This document shows positions 1-9,056 of a DNA stretch of 49,460 nucleotides, in pieces (position 1 is the first letter of the stretch; the number at the start of each line of letters is the position of its first letter). Position numbers and translations under genes: made by a program. Location of the stretch: the IMG/VR virus record IMGVR_UViG_3300028840_002749, positions 1 to 49,460 of that record; one strand, written 5' to 3'. This DNA comes from a virus. Taxonomy: Duplodnaviria > Caudoviricetes. The notes under the pieces were generated by a model. That model saw only the letters and a list, made by a program, of their open reading frames with translations, ran no database searches and was not told the DNA's origin.

Positions 1-144
1 GAGACGCTAGATGATATTACGGCCTCTGGGGCCGGTAGCGTTGATCTAAGCGCAAGCCTGGCCGAAACCTTAGACGATATTACCTCTGTAGGATCTGGCA
101 GCGTAGACATAACTGGGAGCCTTGCAGAGACTTTAGGAAATGTA
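1..144. repeat. Terminal direct repeat / circular assembly overlap (identical to 49317-49460)
   Basis: GAGACGCTAGATGATATTACGGCC...TTTAGGAAATGTA occurs at both ends; the reading frame of the 47334 ORF continues across the junction. Confidence 0.95.
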
Positions 145-558
145 ACCGTAGTAGGTACTGGAGTAATAGGAGATGCGCCGATAACAGGCAGCCTATCAGA
201 GACTCTAGACGATATAACGGCTGCAGGATCTGGAGACGTTGACGTAGACGGTAGCCTATCGGCTACTTTGGATAATGTCACAGCTTTAGCTAGTGGCCAG
301 GTAGATGTAGACGGTAATCTAGCGCAGACTCTAGACGACATTACGGCTACAGGAGCTGCTAGCGTAGATCTAACCGGCAGCCTTACGGCTACCCTAGAAA
401 ACGTGACGCTTGCAGGATCTGGGGTAATAGGTGAATATTATCGCAAGGTAATTAGCCTGGAGGTTACAGCAAACCAGGTAATAGCAGAGGACGTAACTAT
501 AAACCAGGTTATTAGCGAAAACACAACCATAAACCAGGTTATTAGCGAGGATATATAG
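1..558 (+). CDS. C-terminal part of ~846-aa repeat-containing virion fibre/adhesin-like protein (starts at 47334, wraps the junction)
   Basis: Frame 1 is open from base 1 (ETLDDITASGAGSVDL...) to the stop at 558. Contains 21-aa repeats, then three ~10-aa NQVI(A/S)E repeats. The track ORF 268..558 is only its tail. Confidence 0.85.
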   Translation, partial: ETLDDITASGAGSVDLSASLAETLDDITSVGSGSVDITGSLAETLGNVTVVGTGVIGDAPITGSLSETLDDITAAGSGDVDVDGSLSATLDNVTALASGQVDVDGNLAQTLDDITATGAASVDLTGSLTATLENVTLAGSGVIGEYYRKVISLEVTANQVIAEDVTINQVISENTTINQVISEDI

Positions 559-560
559 AT

Positions 561-890
561 ATGACTGACACAGCGCAAGTAGCGTATTTAAACGACATAG
601 GCACAGCTATTAGGCTTACTATCAAGGATCAGGACGGCAATATTATAGATGTGTCAGGATCTACCGTTAGAACGTTGAAATGTGACAAACCAGGCACAGC
701 TACTAACATCTCAAGAAATATGGTATTTTTTACGGATGGGTCAGACGGGATAGTAGAGTATATAACTATAGACGGCGACTTAGATACTATAGGCCTTTGG
801 GAGCTGCAGGCTTACGTAGAGATGCCCGGCGGTAAGTGGCATACAGCAGAAACAACTATGAGAGTTAAGCCGGTTTTGGAGGTAGCGTAA
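561..890 (+). CDS. Small virion structural protein, BppU-N-like Ig fold
   Basis: DIGTAIRLTIKDQDG...DGSDGIVEY...DLDTIGLWELQAYV pattern typical of BppU-N-like phage proteins; RBS GAGGA. Confidence 0.55.
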   Translation: MTDTAQVAYLNDIGTAIRLTIKDQDGNIIDVSGSTVRTLKCDKPGTATNISRNMVFFTDGSDGIVEYITIDGDLDTIGLWELQAYVEMPGGKWHTAETTMRVKPVLEVA

Positions 891-2146
891 TGGGTATGCT
901 AGAGCCTTACTGGGGAGAGTTTTTAATATCCCCGATACCACTAGAGCTGAGTCTAAATTACTGTAGTCATAAATGTGCTTACTGTTTTGCTAATCTAAAC
1001 AGCCCTAAACGGCGTGGCGATATAAAAAAGATTATGAGCTTTTTAGCTGACTTTCATAATAGAGAGACGCTAAGCGCTAGACTTATGCAGGACAGGTACC
1101 CCGTTTGTATTTCTAATAGATCGGATCCTTTTGCCAGATCTAACGATAGTCAGATAACGCCAATACTAGAAACCCTGGCAGCCATTGACTACCCGGTGAC
1201 ATTCCAAACCAAGGGCGGGGCGGGGGTTGAGGCCGGCTTGAGTTTATTTCCTACCGCCGTTTGGTATATTTCGGTATCCTTTGCTGATGACGATTTACGG
1301 CGCAAGATAGAGCCTGGCGCTCCGAGTATCGCTAGCCGTTTTGAGCTTATGGAGAAGGTTACCAGGGGCGGGGGCCGGGTAATTTTGGGCTTAAACCCAG
1401 TAGTACCAGAGTGGATTAGTGAGGAGGAGACAGAAACCGTATTGAAGGTAGCCCAGAGCATAGGCGTAGAAGGAGTCTGGATAGAGGAGCTGCATTTAAA
1501 CGCCAGGCAAATACAGGCCATGAGTAAGGCTGAGGTAAAGGCAATAGGTAAAGACGTTTTAGAGAGAGCTAAAAAGCGCCGTAAAGAAGATAAAGACGCT
1601 AACGCCTTTTTTTACGCAAGGGAAGTAGCGCAGGCTATGGGTTTTGAGATCTTTAGTAACGGGCAGCCAAACAGATCTAATATATGGCAGATCTACAGAG
1701 ACGTATACGCTAATACCTTCCCTACTAACCAGGATTTTGTAAACGACTGTATAGAGAAGGGCTGGCATAGCTCATTATTGACATTTCCACACTGGTACGA
1801 ATCTGTAAAAGATCTACCAGCCGGCAAGTATCGCATGAATAAGTACATTGGCGCTAGTGCTAGATCTATTTTTGATGAGTACCAGATTCCAAGCAAGCTA
1901 ACTTTTACGGAGCTGCTAGGTGTTATCTGGAGTACAAAGAGAGCAAAACAAAGCCCGGTACGTATGCCTAACTTTAGCTATGCTAGCGTATGGGCCGAAA
2001 ACGGCTATTTACAGCTTGTAGACGAGTCAGACATGCCCTACCTCGTATTTGACGAGACAGGCTCTTTAGATAGCTACTATACGCCCGTAGCGCCTATCTG
2101 GAGTAAAGAGGTAGCAGCGTCTGGAGAGGTTATCAGTTATGGCTAG
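890..2146 (+). CDS. Radical SAM enzyme, spore-photoproduct-lyase (SPL)-like family
   Basis: CSHKCAYCFA (CxxxCxxC), SDPF, FQTKG and RKIEPGAPSIASRF motifs typical of SPL-like radical SAM proteins; TAATG coupling to the upstream gene. Confidence 0.85.
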   Translation: MGMLEPYWGEFLISPIPLELSLNYCSHKCAYCFANLNSPKRRGDIKKIMSFLADFHNRETLSARLMQDRYPVCISNRSDPFARSNDSQITPILETLAAIDYPVTFQTKGGAGVEAGLSLFPTAVWYISVSFADDDLRRKIEPGAPSIASRFELMEKVTRGGGRVILGLNPVVPEWISEEETETVLKVAQSIGVEGVWIEELHLNARQIQAMSKAEVKAIGKDVLERAKKRRKEDKDANAFFYAREVAQAMGFEIFSNGQPNRSNIWQIYRDVYANTFPTNQDFVNDCIEKGWHSSLLTFPHWYESVKDLPAGKYRMNKYIGASARSIFDEYQIPSKLTFTELLGVIWSTKRAKQSPVRMPNFSYASVWAENGYLQLVDESDMPYLVFDETGSLDSYYTPVAPIWSKEVAASGEVISYG

Positions 2147-2960
2147 TAGTGGCGGTCACTGGGTAAAGATAGCGCAGGGAGATATAGGCGCTATGGTGTT
2201 TGTACCAAAAGGCAAAACTGTAGAGCAGGTTACTATAGGCCGTAAGCCGGCGGGGGGAGGATGGCCTCCAAGCCTAAACGCTGTACAAGAGGTAAAGGGC
2301 TTAGGCGGTTCTACGGGTGCTAAGTTAGTACAAGACGAAAACGGTAATTTGTACGTTATGAAAAAGGGCGCAAGCCAGGCTCATATACAAAGCGAATCGT
2401 CTGCAGACAAATTATATAAAGAGATGGGCGTAGACGTACCAGATCATAGAATGTACGGCAATACAAAGTTAGCCAGGTACGTAGAGGGCCAGACGCTGCA
2501 GCAAGCCCAGACAAACGACCCGGCAGCCTACAATAGCGCTATCAAGAGGCTGCAGGATAACTTTGCTGCAGATGCTTTACTAGCTAACTGGGATGTTATA
2601 GGCCTGAATAAAGATAACATCCTGATAGACAAAAAGGGTAAAGTCTGGAGAATAGACAACGGCGGGGCGCTGGCTTACAGAGCGCAGGGCGCAAAAAAGA
2701 GCGCTGCAGGCTGGAATAATAACCCTACTGCTATCTTTTCTATGAGAAAACAAGGCGTAGCCGGCTCTGTATTCGGTAAAATGAGCTGGAATCAGGTAGC
2801 AGCCAGTATAGATAAACTACCTTCAAAGATTGGAATCTCAAACAGTAGCAAGATAGGAGCCAGGCTAGCAAAACTAAAAGATCTGTCATCTCTTATCAAG
2901 TCTGGAATGCCAGAGGCAGATATAGAAAACTATATGACCGCTTTGTGGTCAGGAGGCTAA
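2139..2960 (+). CDS. Leader-tagged HipA/PI3K-like (CtkA-like) protein kinase effector
   Basis: GGSTGAKLV (P-loop), YVMKK, ESSADKLY, DALLANWDVIG, DNILID and RIDNGGAL motifs; N-terminal MASSGGHWVK leader. Confidence 0.75.
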   Translation: MASSGGHWVKIAQGDIGAMVFVPKGKTVEQVTIGRKPAGGGWPPSLNAVQEVKGLGGSTGAKLVQDENGNLYVMKKGASQAHIQSESSADKLYKEMGVDVPDHRMYGNTKLARYVEGQTLQQAQTNDPAAYNSAIKRLQDNFAADALLANWDVIGLNKDNILIDKKGKVWRIDNGGALAYRAQGAKKSAAGWNNNPTAIFSMRKQGVAGSVFGKMSWNQVAASIDKLPSKIGISNSSKIGARLAKLKDLSSLIKSGMPEADIENYMTALWSGG

Positions 2961-2963
2961 TTT

Positions 2964-3263
2964 ATGGCTAGTAGTGGCGGTCACTGGGTAAAGGCGCCGG
3001 CAGGGCGCTTAGCAGGTACAGCTATTTTTGTACCGGATCCGGGGGATTCTAGTTATGGCTCTATTTATGAGGAGGCAGCTAACGCCTATGTAGCTAAGGC
3101 GCAAGCTGAGGGCGTAAGTACCGATACTCTTTATACAGACGGTAGTAAGTTTATGGATTTTGCGGTACTAGCATATAAGAATCCAGACGCTTACAGAAAA
3201 AAGATAGACGAGACGCTAAAGGTAATAATTAATCCGGTGCAAGCGGATTTATTCGGAGGCTAA
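2964..3263 (+). CDS. Leader-tagged hypothetical protein (99 aa)
   Basis: AGGAGG RBS; begins MASSGGHWVKAPAGRLAGTAIFVP. Confidence 0.8.
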   Translation: MASSGGHWVKAPAGRLAGTAIFVPDPGDSSYGSIYEEAANAYVAKAQAEGVSTDTLYTDGSKFMDFAVLAYKNPDAYRKKIDETLKVIINPVQADLFGG

Positions 3264-3266
3264 TTT

Positions 3267-5090
3267 ATGGCTAGTGCAGGTGGACACTGGATGAAAGCAA
3301 AGGTAGGGCCGTATGCTGGCTCTATGGTTTTTGTACCTGGAGTAAAGAGCGGTACGGCCAAAGAGCATTACTACCCGGCAGGATACGGAAACAAAGGTAA
3401 AACTATAGAGAAAAACGCCAGCGTACAAGGCGGTCTATCTGTGTACCAGAATGAGGCCGGGGAGTGGGTAGTAGCCCACACCGACTCAGGTATGTCATTA
3501 GGGCCAAAGTTTGATAACAAGGCTGGGGCTATGTTGGCAATGGAGGAGCTAAACCAGGCCGGCGGTAAGATCTGGACACAAAACGCGAACGAGATACAAG
3601 GTAGCGCCAAGGATCTAAAGCCATTAGCTGACAATCTGAATAAGTATAAAAATATAACTGAGGGTAGCGCCGAGATTGGTATGGACTTATTGAAAGAAAA
3701 CTACAGCATAAACCAAAAAGCGCTACAGCAAAAGGCAGCTAAGTTAACCCAGACGTCTACACAGGCTAACCAGGCTGCAGCTGCAGCTAAGGCGCCTCTT
3801 ACAAAAGCTAACCCGGAGAATTACGGACTAGGTAGCCCGACAATAAAAGGTATAAAGGTAGAAGGCGGGCAAGTAGTCTACAACAAAAAGACGGGTAAGT
3901 ACGATGTACTTGACGATGATAATAACGTTGTAAAATCGTATATATCGCTTGGTAACGCCCAAACTGCAGCGCCTGGAGCGATTGCAGCCAGCAAGGCGGG
4001 CCAGGCCAGCCAGACCGGGGCGCAAGTATCGCCGGTAAAACAAGGCAAACTAACAGCCACAGTACCGGAGGGAGCTAGCCAGACTTTCAAGGATAACGCC
4101 CAAGACGTACAAATAACTACCATAATGGGCAAGAAACAGACAGTAGCCGGTATACCTGTAGAAATATCTGGAGTAGAAGGGCAGCCCAGCATTACCTACA
4201 ACAAGCAGACCGGCAAATATCATGTAAACGATCCTAACGGCAAGACGATCAGTAAAGGGCATGATACCTTTACCCAGGCCGGCAACTCTCTAGCCAAGCA
4301 TTACGCACCAAAGGAGCCTAGCGGTACATACGCCAAGGCAGAAAAGGCCTCACTGAGTACGCCCACAGGTAAGAAGCTAGAAGGCGTAGCCGTAGACGGC
4401 GGTCTAGTATCCTTTAATACCCAAAGCGGTAAGTATGAATTGCACAACTTTGACGGTAATAAAATATCTGAGCATAGTAGCCTTGGGTCAGCACAAACCA
4501 AGGCCGGCCAGATCAAAGAATACTCTAACCCTAATGTATCTCACTGGGTAAGCGACAAATACGGCAGCGTAAGCGCTGGGGAGAGCGCTTTAGCTAGCCA
4601 TTTCGAGAAACACGCAGCTAGCCTAACATCTGGGGAAAATTCCGCTATGAATAGTTACCAGGATAGCGGTTATACCGATTTAAACGGCTCTATGTGGTCA
4701 GGTAACACAGCTTGGCAGGCAACTAAGATAGCCAACCTAAATAGCGCTATAAAGAAATCGCCAGGCTTACCACAGGCCGTAAAACTGAGCTACAAAACCA
4801 GTAACAGCAATACGGTAGCATGGGCCAAAAATGCCAAAGTAGGCGATATATGGAAAAGCAAGGCATTTACAAGCACGTCTATAGATAAAAACGTGTGGTC
4901 AGGAGAAATCAAGTTTAGATTTAATGCGCCAAAGGGCCTAAAGGGCTTTTTCATGAATGCAAAAGGGCGCTACAGCTCACACCCTGGAGAAAAAGAGTAC
5001 CTGATAGGGCCTAGTAACAAATGGAAGCTGGTAAATAAGACTCAGTCTGGCAGCTCTATTTACTTAGATATGGAATGGATAGGAGACTAA
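3267..5090 (+). CDS. Leader-tagged multidomain protein with C-terminal VIP2/Alt-like ADP-ribosyltransferase domain
   Basis: C-terminal YQDSGYTDLNG...LNSAIKKS...LSYKT...FTSTS...GEKEYL (R-S-E clan pattern); internal ~40-aa repeats; MASAGGHWMK leader. Confidence 0.75.
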   Translation: MASAGGHWMKAKVGPYAGSMVFVPGVKSGTAKEHYYPAGYGNKGKTIEKNASVQGGLSVYQNEAGEWVVAHTDSGMSLGPKFDNKAGAMLAMEELNQAGGKIWTQNANEIQGSAKDLKPLADNLNKYKNITEGSAEIGMDLLKENYSINQKALQQKAAKLTQTSTQANQAAAAAKAPLTKANPENYGLGSPTIKGIKVEGGQVVYNKKTGKYDVLDDDNNVVKSYISLGNAQTAAPGAIAASKAGQASQTGAQVSPVKQGKLTATVPEGASQTFKDNAQDVQITTIMGKKQTVAGIPVEISGVEGQPSITYNKQTGKYHVNDPNGKTISKGHDTFTQAGNSLAKHYAPKEPSGTYAKAEKASLSTPTGKKLEGVAVDGGLVSFNTQSGKYELHNFDGNKISEHSSLGSAQTKAGQIKEYSNPNVSHWVSDKYGSVSAGESALASHFEKHAASLTSGENSAMNSYQDSGYTDLNGSMWSGNTAWQATKIANLNSAIKKSPGLPQAVKLSYKTSNSNTVAWAKNAKVGDIWKSKAFTSTSIDKNVWSGEIKFRFNAPKGLKGFFMNAKGRYSSHPGEKEYLIGPSNKWKLVNKTQSGSSIYLDMEWIGD

Positions 5091-5094
5091 AAAA

Positions 5095-5313
5095 ATGGCT
5101 AAATATAAAACGATAAACGGCGTCAAGTATAGATTTTTGAGCCATGCGGAAAAAGAGGCCAAGGATCAGGAGCTTACAGATCAGGGCCTATCTGGGTTTA
5201 TCATCGAGAGGGACGGTAAAAAGTACGAGTTTATAAACGGTAAAATGGTGCCATTGTCAGCAAAGAAGGCTAGAAAAGCTATCGGACGTGGTAAAAAAGC
5301 CAAAAAGGCTTAG
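5095..5313 (+). CDS. Small basic protein, paralogue of 42683..42880 (possible immunity/regulatory partner)
   Basis: Shares DQELTDQGLSGFxIxRDGxxYEF with ORF 42683..42880; Lys-rich tail. Confidence 0.65.
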   Translation: MAKYKTINGVKYRFLSHAEKEAKDQELTDQGLSGFIIERDGKKYEFINGKMVPLSAKKARKAIGRGKKAKKA

Positions 5314-5329
5314 TTAGGTAAAGGTAAAG

Positions 5330-6034
5330 ATGACAGAGAATCGACCTCTATATGAGCGCCAGGACTGGGATACCCCCGCCGGCTGGGCGTTCTTTAAGTG
5401 TTATCTAGCCCAGGATCCCCCAAGATCATTAGTAAAAGCGTACAATACGTACAGGGAGGAGAAAAAAGGGGCTAAAGAGGGGCTGAAAAAAGCAAAGAGG
5501 GTGCCTGGCTCATTTCGTAACATGGCAGCTGGAAAAAATCGTGATGGTACGCCTAGACCGTTTGCGGTTCCATTTACAAAACGAGTTAGAGCGTATGAGG
5601 ACTACTTAGACGAGTTAGAGCGTAAGAAGTGGACAGAGCGCCGGCTTAAATTGCGTGAAATGGAGTGGAATATAGGCGAGAAGATCCTAGAAAAAGCGCA
5701 AAATATGTTACTTTTCCCGGTGATGGTAAACGATACAGAGAAAACAGAGGACGGGACAATAATACACCGTATTATGCCCGCTGGTTGGTCTTTCAAAGAT
5801 ATACCAGGTATGCTTAGTACGGCAAGTAAGATAGCTAGGCTGGCTGCAGATATGCCAACAAAGCAAGTTAAATTAGATTGGAGATCAGAGGCAGAGAAGG
5901 ACGGTATAGATCCTGATGAGTTTTACAGAAACGCCCTTAAAAACATCCAAAAAGAGTTGGATGGAGGAAGCGCTAGCGGAGGCGTACCAGGAAGCCAAGA
6001 GATTAGCCAGGGAGAAGAAGAACAGGGAGGCTAA
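5330..6034 (+). CDS. terS: Terminase small subunit (putative)
   Basis: Position directly before terL; YERQDWDTPAGWAFFKCYL...RSLVKAY...RVRAYED pattern typical of phage small terminases. Confidence 0.65.
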   Translation: MTENRPLYERQDWDTPAGWAFFKCYLAQDPPRSLVKAYNTYREEKKGAKEGLKKAKRVPGSFRNMAAGKNRDGTPRPFAVPFTKRVRAYEDYLDELERKKWTERRLKLREMEWNIGEKILEKAQNMLLFPVMVNDTEKTEDGTIIHRIMPAGWSFKDIPGMLSTASKIARLAADMPTKQVKLDWRSEAEKDGIDPDEFYRNALKNIQKELDGGSASGGVPGSQEISQGEEEQGG

Positions 6035-7457
6035 CAGGGCTAAGTACGCTGATTTTCAGGCAAAGTATAGGGATGACTTTGCCGGTTTTGTGCGTGAGTG
6101 TATAAGCTGGGGCAAAGATGAGGGGCCTAGCGACTATCAGGAGGAAATAGCAGAGAAAATATCAGAGGTAGATAGAGTATCTGCAAGGGGGCCTCATGGG
6201 CTGGGCAAAACCGCCCTAATGGCTATGGCCGTTTTGTGGTTTGCGCTAACCAGAGACGGTACAAAAGATAAAGACTGGAAGGTAGTAACAACGGCTAGCG
6301 CCTGGAGGCAGCTAGAGAAGTACCTATGGCCTGAGATCCACAAATGGGCCAGGCGTCTAAACTGGGAAAAAATAGGCCGGCCTCCGTTTCATAGAGACGA
6401 GCTGCTAACCCAAAAGCTAAAACTAAAAACAGGGGAGGCTTTTGCCGTAGCCAGTGATGACCCAGGCCTTATAGAGGGCGCCCACGCAGACGAGATTTTA
6501 TATATCTTTGATGAGTCTAAGAGTGTTTTACCGGCAACTTTTGACGCTGCAGAGGGAGCGCTAGGTACGGAGGGTGCTAAGGCGATTGCTTTTAGTACGC
6601 CTGGAGAGCCAAGCGGTAGATTTTATGAAATACAAAGCCGTAAGGCAGGTTATGAGGATTGGTGGGTAAGGCATGTAAAAAAGGACGAGGTAATAGCAGC
6701 GGGGCGCATGACGGAAAAATGGGCAGAGGCCAGGCGCCGGCAATGGGGGGAGAAAAGCAGCGTATACCTAAACCGTGTAGAAGGTAAGTTTGCCTCTGCA
6801 GACGAGGAATCGGTAATCTCTCTGGCCTTAGTTGAAAAGGCTATAGAGCGCTGGTACGAAAAACAGGATCAGGAATACTGGGGAGATTTTGTAACGGTTG
6901 GCGTAGACGTGGCTAGAACGGGCCAGGATCAAACGGCATACGCGCTTAGGTTTGGTAACTCTATCAAGGAAATTAGAGTAACGAATCAAGAGGATACTAT
7001 GCAGACCTCTGGTAAGACAAAAGGTATAATGAGCAGATATGACGGCGAGGCCATTGTAGACACAATAGGAATCGGCGCCGGCGTATTTGATCGACTGAGG
7101 GAGCAAGGGTTACCAGTAGTAGCTTTTACGGCCAGTGCTAAAACCAGGTTTACGGATATGTCAGGCGAGTATGGTTTTGCAAATGTGCGTAGCGCTGCTT
7201 GGTGGAATCTTAGAGAGATGCTAGATGATGACGACCTAGGTATAGCTTTACCTGATATTGACGAGCTTATAGGGGATCTAACTACCCCTAAGTGGAGAGT
7301 TAATAGCGGTGCTAGAATATCAGTTGAAAGCAAAGACGACATTAAGAAAAGAATCGGCAGATCTACTAACCTTGGAGACTCAGTAATTCAGGCCTTTTGG
7401 GACGGTATGCAAGCTACAGAGTATGGAGAAAACCCGTTAGAGGGCTACAGAGGCTAA
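5916..7457 (+). CDS. terL: Terminase large subunit (true start may be 5961)
   Basis: Walker A GPHGLGKT, Walker B YIFDE, coupling motif STP, nuclease VGVDVARTGQDQT and RSTNLGDS. Confidence 0.95.
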   Translation: MSFTETPLKTSKKSWMEEALAEAYQEAKRLAREKKNREANRAKYADFQAKYRDDFAGFVRECISWGKDEGPSDYQEEIAEKISEVDRVSARGPHGLGKTALMAMAVLWFALTRDGTKDKDWKVVTTASAWRQLEKYLWPEIHKWARRLNWEKIGRPPFHRDELLTQKLKLKTGEAFAVASDDPGLIEGAHADEILYIFDESKSVLPATFDAAEGALGTEGAKAIAFSTPGEPSGRFYEIQSRKAGYEDWWVRHVKKDEVIAAGRMTEKWAEARRRQWGEKSSVYLNRVEGKFASADEESVISLALVEKAIERWYEKQDQEYWGDFVTVGVDVARTGQDQTAYALRFGNSIKEIRVTNQEDTMQTSGKTKGIMSRYDGEAIVDTIGIGAGVFDRLREQGLPVVAFTASAKTRFTDMSGEYGFANVRSAAWWNLREMLDDDDLGIALPDIDELIGDLTTPKWRVNSGARISVESKDDIKKRIGRSTNLGDSVIQAFWDGMQATEYGENPLEGYRG

Positions 7458-7460
7458 AAA

Positions 7461-9056
7461 ATGGCTACATTTTGGAGTAAACTTATGGAAGGTATCAGAG
7501 CTTTTAGACAGGCATACGTTAGCGCAGGATCGTTAGACTCAGCTGATTATGGAGACATAGAGGCCAGGCAGTTTAGGTATATGCTTTACTGGGCATTTTA
7601 TGAAAATACGATCTACAGCAATGTACACAAGTGGAGCGTAAACTACCGGCAGCTAGAAGGGCTTTACAGGTATATTAGAGGAATCTATAACCCTAGCTAT
7701 AGAATCGGTGAGTTTTGGCGCTCTCATATCTGGGGAGGCACCCTAGACAGTGAGGCCGGTACCGGTGAGTCTGGTAATGATACTGCTATACCTATCATTA
7801 CAGATAATGACTCAATCAGGCCGGCTATAAGTAATCTCTGGAGTTGGTCAAATTGGCAGACGACTAAAGGAGTCTGTAGCTTACATGGGGCCGTAATGGG
7901 TGACGTGGGCATACAAGTAGTAGACGATGTAGACCGGGGCAAAGTATATCTGCAGCTGGTACACCCAGCTACCCTAACGGATGTACAGCTAGATAACTTT
8001 GGCAACGTCAAGGGCTACACAATTGAGGAAAAAAGAGTACACCCAGATTACCCAGACAGAGAGGTAGACTACAAAGAAATAGCCAGCAGAGACGGTATAA
8101 ACGTAGTCTACAAGACTTTTCTTAATAACTCCCCTTACCCCTGGAATGGTCAACAAAGCGAATGGTCAGAGCCTTATGGTTTTGTACCTATGGTCATGAT
8201 ACAACATAACAACGTAGGTATTAGCTGGGGATGGTCAGAGCTACACGCAGGCCGGGTAAAATTCCAAGAGGTAGACGACCTGGCAAGCAAGCTAGGGGAT
8301 CAGATCAGGAAAATGGTAGATGCGCCCTGGCTACTTTCAGGCGTAAAAAAGCCAAGATCAAGAATCAGAGCAACCGGCGAGGATCCCACAGTAAGTATGA
8401 CTAAGCCAAGCCGTGAGGAGACGCCCATACTTTATGCTGAGGCCGGGGCGAAGGCTCAAAGCCTGGTAGCCTCGTTAGATCTTGGAGCAACCAGCGGGCA
8501 TATCGGTACCGTGTTGTCTGAACTTGAGAGGGATTACCCAGAGCTACAAATGGATATATGGAATGCTAGCGGGAATCAGTCTGGCCGGGCATTACGGACA
8601 GCCAGACAGCGGGTATCTGAGAAGGTTTACGAGCGCCGGGCAATTTATGACGATGCCTTAGTAAGAGTACAGCAAATGGCTTTAGCTATTGGCGGGCATA
8701 GAAATTATGATAACTTTGCCGGCCTAAACTTGCAGAGCTACGACTCAGGCGCCCTAGATCATCAGATAGGAGATAGGCCGGTTTTTACGGAGGATCCATT
8801 AGACGACATAGAAGTAGAAGGCGCATTTTGGAAGGCTGCAAACGAGGCTATACAGGCCGGCATACCCCTTATGGTCTACCTGCAGCGCCAGGGCTGGAGT
8901 GATGACGACATAAAGCAAATAGAGGAATCGGAGGAGTACCAGCTAAAGCTAAAGGCCATGCGAGCAGCCGGCATGATGCAAGATGCAATGAGCGAGGGGG
9001 AGGGCGGGGAGGCGCCCTCAGACCAATTGGACGAGGTAAGCCCTGATAATGCCTAA
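7461..9056 (+). CDS. Portal protein
   Basis: 531 aa directly after terL; VPMVMIQHN...GWSEL and SGRALR motifs resembling SPP1-type portals. Confidence 0.85.
   Translation: MATFWSKLMEGIRAFRQAYVSAGSLDSADYGDIEARQFRYMLYWAFYENTIYSNVHKWSVNYRQLEGLYRYIRGIYNPSYRIGEFWRSHIWGGTLDSEAGTGESGNDTAIPIITDNDSIRPAISNLWSWSNWQTTKGVCSLHGAVMGDVGIQVVDDVDRGKVYLQLVHPATLTDVQLDNFGNVKGYTIEEKRVHPDYPDREVDYKEIASRDGINVVYKTFLNNSPYPWNGQQSEWSEPYGFVPMVMIQHNNVGISWGWSELHAGRVKFQEVDDLASKLGDQIRKMVDAPWLLSGVKKPRSRIRATGEDPTVSMTKPSREETPILYAEAGAKAQSLVASLDLGATSGHIGTVLSELERDYPELQMDIWNASGNQSGRALRTARQRVSEKVYERRAIYDDALVRVQQMALAIGGHRNYDNFAGLNLQSYDSGALDHQIGDRPVFTEDPLDDIEVEGAFWKAANEAIQAGIPLMVYLQRQGWSDDDIKQIEESEEYQLKLKAMRAAGMMQDAMSEGEGGEAPSDQLDEVSPDNA

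Noticed and set aside
2946-3263. C-terminal Gly-Gly of two cargo proteins as ubiquitin-like conjugation motifs
   Set aside because: GG is encoded by the GGAGGC Shine-Dalgarno of the next gene; no E1/E2-like genes seen.
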